Shown: positions 11,401 through 21,154 of the stretch, in pieces
How positions within the stretch are numbered: the stretch's first letter is position 1
Layout of the letters: the number at the start of each line of letters is the position of its first letter
NCBI GenBank assembly: GCA_039621445.1
Contig: CP154954.1
Span: forward strand, 3,167,715-3,231,714
Direction: 5' to 3'
DNA length: 64,000 nt
DNA from: Euglena gracilis
Lineage: Eukaryota
Notes under the pieces: generated by a model
The model's database searches: none
Seen by the model: only the letters and a program-made list of their open reading frames with translations
What the model was told of the DNA's origin: nothing
Translations under genes and position numbers: made by a program

Positions 11401-14400
11401 CCTGGACGTAGAGCTCCGGCGTGCGGCGCCCCTCGGGCTCCAGGAACACTGGGTGGCCCCGGAGTCGAATGGGGTGGGGGGGTGAGAAAAGGGGCAATTA
11501 ATGATATTTACAATTATATTATCCAATAATAATAATAATAATAATGTTTATAATGCAATATCTTATGTCAGTGTTTACTATTATTCATAATAAGATTATT
11601 TTTTTTTTCGTATTATTGATCAATAGTTATAATTAATCAGTGTTTTCCAATTCATTAACATAAATTACAATTAATACTTTTTTCATATTTGGCTTCGGTG
11701 GTGTCTGTGCTGCAGCTCTGCGTTCGAGTTTCATTTCACCCAAGCTTGGAAGCAATTTCATTGATTCCGGTGTTGCAGAGCTCTTCCACTGGCGTTTCTC
11801 ACTAAGCGGCTGGGGGAGGATTCAAATCTCCATTCGGCGCCAGGTGGCTTTCCTTCTGGGCAAACTTCACAATCTTGTCCTCGATGGAAGGGCAGTTGCG
11901 AGGGCCTTTGGAATCCACCCAACCGCCATAGATCCACCCCAGGGTCCGGGTGAATCAACAAAAGAAAACCGGGTCCCAACAGGCATCTGTCTCCCAACCT
12001 CCAAGGTCAGCAGTACCAAAATTCAGTGGATGCTTGAGGTCCGAATGTGAAAGCCTTCATCGAAACAATTTAATGTATAATTATACCACATTTGTGTCCC
12101 GGATGGATTGCGGGTAAGCACTTGGCCAGACACAGTTCACTGTACACTTCCGTTCCCCAAAACACCGCCATCTGCCGGGCCCTGTTCGGAGTCTCATGGA
12201 GGTTGTTGCGGATCAGTTGGTGGGTGGCGGCGGTCGTCCGCGTCCCATAGCACAGCATCGGTGCAGGGCTGTTTGGCTGAAAATAATTGGGGCTTTTGTG
12301 AAGGAAAAAAATTTTGGGGCTGTGAGCAAAATGCAACTCCACCAGCGGGCAAAAGCGAGGCAAATTTTGCGACTTTTCGCGTGAGGAACCCCCCTACCCA
12401 GCCAAAAAAAAATCCCTGTCCTGTTCCCGCTCCACGTGCCGAGCGGTGTCGTGGGTGAACCACCGCGTGCGGGAGTCCCCCGGCATCGGCTCCATCCACA
12501 GATTCACTTAGCGACACACTTCCCGGGCGCAAACCCACCCACCCACACCTACTGTTTTCGGGAACCCACCCGGGGGGTCAAATCAGTGTTACCTGCCCCC
12601 CCCCCCCTGTCGTACGACCGGGTTCCTGCAACCTGTGACCGGGGGGGGGTGGTCATAACACCCCCATGACCTGCAACCTGTGACCGGGGGGGTGGTCGTA
12701 AATGAGGGGTGGTTGTACGACAAGGGGGGGGGGGGCGGGTAAGTGAATGTTTGGCTCCATCACCGCGAAATTCACGGTCCGGCCATCAACGCGGGGCGGC
12801 GTCCCCGTCTTCAGCCGGTCGGTGGTGAAGCCTCGGCCAGGCCCGGCACTGGGGCCCCGACGGATGCGTCCGCGGGGCTGGACCGCATTGCCACAGTCAG
12901 ACACTTGGGGGAGGGCGACACCTTGTGCCTTTTGGGGGCCTTTCCGTTGCAGGGTCGTTTTGGGGAACCGACTCGGGCCGAAGGAGACGAAATTCCCGTT
13001 CCCCGTCCCAGCGCATTCAACGAGAAATCCGCAGGAAACATTGCCGAGAAAATGGTATGGCCATATCATGGCAAAACGGGCCGACTTGGTGAAAAAAAAA
13101 ATGGTGTGGAACAACCTTGGACCATCGCCCGTCCACCCAAAACGTCAAAAAGGTGTTCTTCGACATTTTCATTTTTAACAACATTTGAGTTCTGAACCGG
13201 CTGTTTCAGTGTTTGGTCGGCCCTTAGGCCTAAGGGCGGTCCTTGACGGGAAAAAAAACCTTCCCGTCCCAAATGGACCGCACTGCTTGAGAATGGCCGT
13301 TCTCCGCCCCTCGGCGCTTTCGGTGCCTGGGATGCACAGATAATTAACACCTCCTCCCCAACCCGACCCTAGGGGTTCGAAGATGTTGTCTTCTCCTGCC
13401 TGCCCAAAGCACCCCACCATGGGGTGACCCTTCTGGAGAACAGCCTGGCCACAACTGTATCATTTGTAGTCCTTTCAGAACAAAGCTCCAAATGCAAATT
13501 GCCACCAAAAACACAATTAATGACAACTTCAACAGCGACTCTGGCAACAAGGACAGCTTCAAGGCGAAAGGTGGGGGGAAAAGGCTGGTTGAAAAGAGGT
13601 GGCCCGCTCGCCCCGGCCATGAAACGACACCACTGCAGCACCGGCCACAGCTGGACACCCAGGTCCGCAACAACCACGTCACCACATCACGGGGCACGCC
13701 CACGCACCGCCACCGCCCCCGAGCACCCTGGCCCCCCGGCCCGGCCTGTCCCAGACGCTGCAGCTGCTCCGTGATGCCCGTCGAGGCCTGCTCCCCGGCC
13801 CGCCCAGCGGAGCGCGTGGTGCGGCCCACCCAGATGGTGCCGTTCATGAACGGGCGGCAGCGGCGACTGACGGGCGGCCCGGGCAAAGCATGTGTGGGGT
13901 GTGCCACCGGCCACCGACACCGACTGACCCCACCCCCTTGAAAATGCGGGAAACCCCAGCCAGCCTGTTCTGATTCCTTGGGTGGTGCCCTATGGTGCTC
14001 TCAAAGAAAAACACACATGCTGGTTCACTTGGAACAACTCCGCCTACCCATCACTTGCAAGGGGGAGCACCAGGGGGGAGGGAAATTGAGTGGGCAAAAA
14101 AAAAGATGCAACAAGGCTGGGCATTCCAAACCTGGGATGTTCTAAAGCTCGCCGCTGGCTGTACCAGCGGTCAGCACGAGGGTCGGGGCATGGAACTCCA
14201 TCCCGTACACGGTCCGTCCCATGGATTCACTTCAATACCCCCCCAGGGAGACTTTTTCCTGGGCCCAAACACGCGAACAAATAATGCACCTCTCCCCCCC
14301 CAGACATTCATTTAGTGTGGTTCACAAAAGACGTGTGAACCACAATTTTTTTTTCGGTGTCCACAGGTGAACCACAAAAAAATTTTTGGTGTCCACATGT

Positions 14401-17400
14401 GAACCACAAAAATTTTTTTGGTGTCCACAGGTGAACCACAAAAAAAATTTTGGTGTCCACAAAAAAATTTGTTGCCCACAAAACATGATTGAGGATCGAA
14501 AAAAAAAATCAAGTTTTACAACTAAAAGCGGATTGATCTTGAGACGCCAAAATATGGACCTTGGCTCCGGCGCAATCTGTAAAATGCGGCAGCGAATCAC
14601 ACCCGCAGGCTTGTATGGGAATCTCGGCGGAGGGGGGGGGGGTGGGGGGACCCCCTCCAACCTCCAGTTTTCGGTCGCGAAACTTCTAAATTTCCGGGTC
14701 AAAAAAGTTGAACCAAAGGGGTGTAAGGGGTATGGGAGGGGGTCGCTGACCTCTTAACCTTTCAAAAATTACTGTAAATACCTGCAAATTGCAGGTGTGT
14801 AATTTGTAAATCATAATTTATGCGAAATTTGCGATGCTAGTCTTTTCCCTCGTCCATTACGTGCAAGTCCCATTAAGAGCTCAACGCTATTCAAACCTGG
14901 TCCCCCCACCCCCTTGTTTTGGAAGGGGGGACCTCCCCCCCCTCCTCTGCGGGGGCAAAAAAAAAAAACTTCCGGCGCCAAAAACGGGTCAAAAAAACGG
15001 GTCAAAAACGGGTCAAAAAACGCTCATTTTCGGCTCAAAAACAGTTCTTTTGGGTCCGAGAAAAATCGTTTCGGGCTGAATTTTTTTTCGACTTTTTTTC
15101 CGAATTTTTTCCACCTTTTTTAACCCCAAAATGGCCTAAAACAGCTAAGTCAAAACACGCCAAAACTGTACAAAATGGCCCAAATTGGCCGAAAAATGGC
15201 TGTAACTCGGGCTGGGCAGGGAGTTGCGGGGAAATCAAAATGCGGTTAGATAGGGCTTCAAAGGGCTTCAATTCAAGTCAGGGGACGTTTCCTTTAACTC
15301 CCCACCACCAGGGAATTTCTTAAGCCGGAGGGTACCCTATCCCCCGGGGGGGGGGTCCAGCCAGCCAGCAGCTCAAATCCAGCCAGCAGCCCAAATTCGG
15401 GCTGGGACCCCACTCCCCAGGGGTCGACTGAAATAAAGTCGGGTCCAGCCCAGCCGGAGGCCGGGCCAGCCGGCCGAAGGCCGGGCCAGCCGGCCGCAGG
15501 CTGGCCAGCCAACTGGGCTGCCCAGCTCACCTATCCCTGCATTTTTTCCCCTCACCACAGCTTCCTCCATCACAGCCCCCAGCCTTGATCTAGCTCCATC
15601 CACCAAAATGTCGAAAATGGCAAAAATGTGTTAGAAAATTTTGTTTTCACCGACCCAGCCCAGCCCAGCCCCGCCCCCCCCCCCCCCCGGACCCCCCCCC
15701 CCCCCCCCCCCCCACCCCCCCGGGGGGCGGCCCAGCCAGCAGCTCAAATCCAGCCAGCAGCCTTTTTGCCAGCCGGAGGCTGGACCCCCCCCCCGGGGGG
15801 TCCTTAAGAAATTCCCTGCCCACCACTTTCGAAATTTTCATCATTTAACAATTATCAGAAAAATCGATTTATTGACCCAAATGTTTGGTGTCCACATGTG
15901 AACCACAAATATTTTCTTGGTGTCCACAGGTGAACCACAAAAAAATTTTGGTGTCCACAGGTGAACCACAAAAATTTTTCTGGTGTCCATATGTGAACCA
16001 CAAAAAATTTTTTGGTGTCCACAGTGAACCACAAAATGACAACCTTGGTGTACCACACTAAATGAATGTCTGCTCCCCCCCCCCCCGAGGGCCCAGCGGT
16101 CCAAACCTACCCACCCACCCACCCCTCCTTCACCCCCCCCCCCCTGGGTGGGTCACCGCAGGGGGCAGGGAATCCATGGCCCGCACCCCGCGGACCTCGT
16201 CGTTGTGCTCATCCACTAACAGCTCGCTGACGGTGCCCTCGCGCAGGCAGAGGTTCGGGGTGGTCTCCAGCACCTGCCGCATATATTGTGAGTACTCCAC
16301 CTGAAAGGCAGGGGCCAAAGAGTCGAATGTGCCTTTCAGATCGACAAGAATCGATGCAAATTGCATTATACATTCTTCCTGCTTTAGCAAAAAAAATATT
16401 AATAAAAATATTAAAAATATAAAAATATAAATTATATATTTTTTTGAAAATTGTGTTGCTTGACCTGCTGTGTTATAATTAAATAATCTTTCCCTTGCAT
16501 GCTCCCGAAACAAAAACTGCTGAATGGGAAACGGTTCTCCTCCTCGTCCAAGGTTTCCTCCTTATGAAGGTTCAGGCTGCCACACTAAGGTAAATTTGGG
16601 TTCCTGTTTCTTAAAATCACCAAAACATCCAATCCCTGCACGCTTTTCTGTCAGCCTTTCCAGCACCAGTTTGCATAGACACGAAGCATCAGACATGCAA
16701 AACACAGGATGTCGGCAAGCCTGTGACCCTGTGAATGTGCAGACAGCCACGCTTGGGGCAGAGCGTACCTTGTCTGTCTGGGCTCGCAGGGCATGCACAG
16801 CCGACCTCAGGCACAAAACTCTGCCAAAATGGCATGGATGCCAAAAAAAGACAAAAATTACAGAAATAATGAAAATGTAAAAAATCAACAAAATGGCAAA
16901 AATGACAAAAATGAAAAAAAATGACAAAAATGACGCAACCCCAAACCAAAACCAAAGTCAAACTCATGGAGGAGCTGCTTTGGCCGCTCAGCGGTGGCGT
17001 TCAGGCCTGGCCGGTCCTTTGGAGGCGTTCAGGAGGCGCTTGTGGAGGTACGACGCGTCGGCCGCCTTGCCCATCTCACCCCCCAGCGCGTCCACCTCGT
17101 GCACCAGCTGGCTCTTGGCGGAGCCCCCGACGGCTGCCTTCGCTGCCCGGCCTGGCAAACAACAACATAAACCCGTGAAAACAGAAAAAAAAGGGGAAAT
17201 TATTGTTTTTTTTTCATTTGTTCAAACTAAATAAACTCCTTTTCATTCATTGGGGGAGAGGTCGGTGAAATAAAAATGGTGAAAACATCATTTTTTTTGG
17301 AGTTTTGGGCTGGCGAGCACCCCCCTGGCATGCTGGCGAGCACCCCCCTCCCAGCACAAATACTGCGTCGTGGTGGAAATTGGTCCCACCATCTTTCCAT

Positions 17401-19541
17401 GCATTTTGTAGAGGCCTTAATTCTGAAGTAAATGTTGACGAACAGATTTTCTTACCCCGATATGGACAAGGTGGTTACCTCTCCCCTGGAAACGCCGAGG
17501 TTAATCCACCCAAGCTAAATTGATGAAAGATCCAGCCAGCTAACCTCTGTTCCAAAACAGAACAAAAATCATATTCAATTTGTTATCCTTGACAGACATC
17601 TCTAGACACTTGCGATTTGGCTGTGTCAGGATTTGTTGGGATTTGTCAGGATTTGTTATGTTTTGTCGGGATTTGTCGGGATTGAACACTGGGGTTGGGG
17701 TCCTGGCCACATTATTTTGGACAGATTTGATCCAGAATGCATACACGGTCCGACGACGGGAAACAACAATGACGTGAAAAAATGATGGAAAATATTTAAT
17801 GTTGGAAACGCAATCAACGCAATGGGAAGATTAAACTTTTATGGAAAATGGTGGTATTTTTTCTCAATTGTTATGAATAAATCAGCAGAAAAGCAACTGA
17901 AGATTTAAATGTAATTAAATCTAAATTTCAAAAATAAATATTTTTTATGCAATTGGCTTTTAAACTCGAAAATATTCAAATTGAAACTTAAATTGAGGTT
18001 TAAAAAATCGTCAAAATCGTTTTGTAGGTGTCTTTTTTGTGGTTCCTTTATTACAAAAAAAGAAGTCCAAACGTGACCATATTTCATACCCCCAACTTTT
18101 TGTGGTGAAAATTGACTACCCCTGAACGTGCCCCCCACCAAAGGGCATAGAAAAGGTACAGGGGAAAATGATAGGAAGAATGAATGGGAAAATTGGGTGG
18201 TTTCCCATTATTTTTGTTTAATATCATTTTATTGTTATGTATGTCAGTGTTATTATTATATATGCTATATATTATTGTACATTGTATGCCATTTATTATA
18301 TGTTATATTATATATTGATATATTATGTATTATATATTACACATTATATATTATATATTATTTGTTTTATATATTTTATATTTTTGTTTGTTTACTTTTG
18401 TTTCCCATCATTTTTGTCCGGACTGTACTAAGTCTGCTGATGCTGATCTTCTACCAGGCACACTTTGGCCGAAAAAATGAAGCCATCTGCTCAGATAGCC
18501 ACCATTTTCAGGACAATCTGTGAAGACAAAAAAGTTTTCAAAGAAGAAAAGCAAGGAACAGAGAAAACTACAAAGCTTTGCAACAAAAAAGGAAGGACAA
18601 AAAGATGGTCGAAGTTATTCACTAGGAAGGCTTTGGTTAGGCATTCATTTGCACAAATTTTTTCTCTGTCGGGATTTGTAGGGATTTGTTGGACCCCACC
18701 TGCAGAAAGACCAAAAAATGCTGTCCATTTATAGGGATTTTGGAGGTGCCAGGACCTGGTGGCTGAAACATTTGGGCCTGTGGCCAACTTTGGAGGTGGG
18801 GGGCATGTTGGCCCCAACAGGGGGGGGGGGAATGAGCCGGGGCGGCGGAGGTATGACGAGGAAGCCTGAGCTGGGACAATGGAGTTGCGCAGATATTTTA
18901 TGGTTTTGTTTTGAGGCATTTTGGCTTGGCGGCTGGTTGCCCCCCCTTTGGTCATTGGGGTCAACATGGCGCCCCGAAGTTGCCCTCCCCCCTCCGGCTT
19001 GTTGGGGCCACAATGGACTGGGCCAATGAGCCGGGGGGGGGGGGGGTTGAGTCGGGACCCCAGCCCATCGTGGTGCTGGGTACTCTACACGACAACATCT
19101 CTTTCAACGAACCACATTCACCCGTTCAAAAGTTGAACGTTTGTGGTTGATTCACATTTGAAGCGGGGGGGGGTGGAGGCAACATGTGCCCTCGAATGCA
19201 AAAATGCTATAAAAAAAAACCCGCAAAAAAGCAATTTTTGCTAAAATCGAAAAACGTCAAAAACACGCAAAAAAGTTTGCGCCCCCCCCCCGCCCCAAGC
19301 CATCCCCCGGGTGCATGCGGGGCTGCGGGCGGGTTGCACGGCTGCCAGGCGATCTTGTCCAGGGTCATCGTCAGCAGCAGCGTGCGGGCCCCAAGGCGCG
19401 CCGCCGCCAGAGCCGCCTCGCAGCCTGCGTGCCCGGCGCCGACGACCACCACGTCGTAACACAAAAACTGCAAAACAACACACAACACAAGCGCGCGCGC
19501 GCACACACACACACACACGCACACGCACACGCACACACACA

Positions 19542-19635
<94 letters not shown>

Positions 19636-21120
19636 CGCTCGCTCGCTCGCTCTTCACACGCACACTCGCACGCACAGAACTACTGGAAGGCCTCGAGACC
19701 TGCATTGCACTGCACTGCCTCTGCCATTCCTCTGTACTCTAAAACCCAAACCACTGCACTGCCACCGCCATTGCACTGCAATTGCACTGCCGCTTCGCTG
19801 CATGGCACTGCACTGCCTCTGCAGTTGGTCGTGGTTTGCGTCAACTCCACACAACACACACACACACACATACACACACACACACACACACGATGTTGTG
19901 CAATGTATTCACTACAGATTGACCAGATGCACCTTTCTCATCTCCGGCCTGCTGTCTTCATTGGGGGGGGGGCATATGTTACCTGCAAGTCTGGTCCTCC
20001 CCTGGCCACTGCGCAGTGGGGGGCAGTGCGCTTTGCAGGTACGGCGCAGGCGACGAGGAGTCTGCCGCGCTGGCGCCGGTGTGGGCCGCCATGGCGAGGG
20101 AGGGCCGCCCGCGTCCCCCTGCTCAAAAGTATGCACTGCAGGGGGGCATGTAGGAGCCGCAGTTATATATTTGGGTAGAATTTCAACACCTTCAGCAGGG
20201 ATTCTGTTATTGGGGGGGGGGTTCCCTGTTTTGTCAAAAACTTTAGGGACCCAAATATGCCGCAACTCACCATATTTCATATAAAAAATCATCTATTTTT
20301 GAATATACATTATCAGCAGTTCGAGTTTGAATATGTCCAACACTACAACACAGAAAAAAGCAAAATGATGGAAAGATCCTGTGATGCCGAAAATGGTGGT
20401 ATTATTTTGCATGAAGCGGGTTTGCCCATTCAGTCTTCAAATCAAACGCCACAGGGGGGTCATACACTTTTGGAGGGTTGTGCATTTGAGGGTAATGGGG
20501 GGGCTGTACAGTTAGGGGGGGGGTTCGCTGTGCAAATTCAAAAAAAAACAGTATAATTGTATCAGGGGGGATCTGCACATTACCACAACACCATTTCTCA
20601 AAATTCGACACTTTGTGTGTTAAAAAGAAAACTTGGCAAGAAAACCGGTAACAAACAGATCCATCAGAAGCTCACCCCCTCAGGCAAACATGTGAGGGCC
20701 AAGCATGGGCACGGCTGGAATTGAACGCTGGTGGACGGTGTACCGCAATGGGCATTGTGGCGCACCCACCGCCTTAGAGTCATTACCAGCACACTAAAAC
20801 TGAACAAAGTCAGAGATCACCCATTTGGAGATCGGTGGTGTGCAGGAGCTGACTGGTGACACGGACAGTGTGCATTCTGATTCCAAATAACCCCACCCCA
20901 CAAACACAGACCGACTGATTTGATCACCCAGGGTGGGAGGGGAGGTGAAAGGGGTACCCTGGAAGAGGGGGGAACGCAACATAAAAAAAAAAACAAAAAA
21001 AAAAAACAAAAAAACAACAAAAAAAAAAAAAAAAAAAAAAGAAAAAAAAACATATGAAAAATTTTAGAAGCTCCGGAATGCACACTTTCTGCTGGGAGAG
21101 CGAGCAGAAAAAATAATTTC

Positions 21121-21154
<34 letters not shown>

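Larger units (their letters stand above)
14215..16181 (-). other. Nonconventional intron in mnmG with nested elements
   Basis: CCATGGATTC / GAATCCATGG perfect 10-bp stem in the +4/-6 register; restores GVRTVYG. Confidence 0.85.

Noticed and set aside
14330-14480. CRISPR-like ~31-bp repeat arrays (also 15885-16035)
   Set aside because: No unique spacers and no cas genes; these are subterminal tandem repeats of the 14301-16072 TIR element in a eukaryotic intron.
2421-19459. Bacterial contamination or a decayed gidA pseudogene
   Set aside because: Segments are collinear and complete, without internal stops, and join in frame through structured introns; a eukaryotic targeting presequence is present.
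19460-19982. Frameshift between mnmG exons 3 and 4
   Set aside because: The nearest AG is one base out of phase, but it sits at a T homopolymer next to a long microsatellite in noisy sequence. Assembly error or an atypical acceptor is more likely than inactivation; unresolved.
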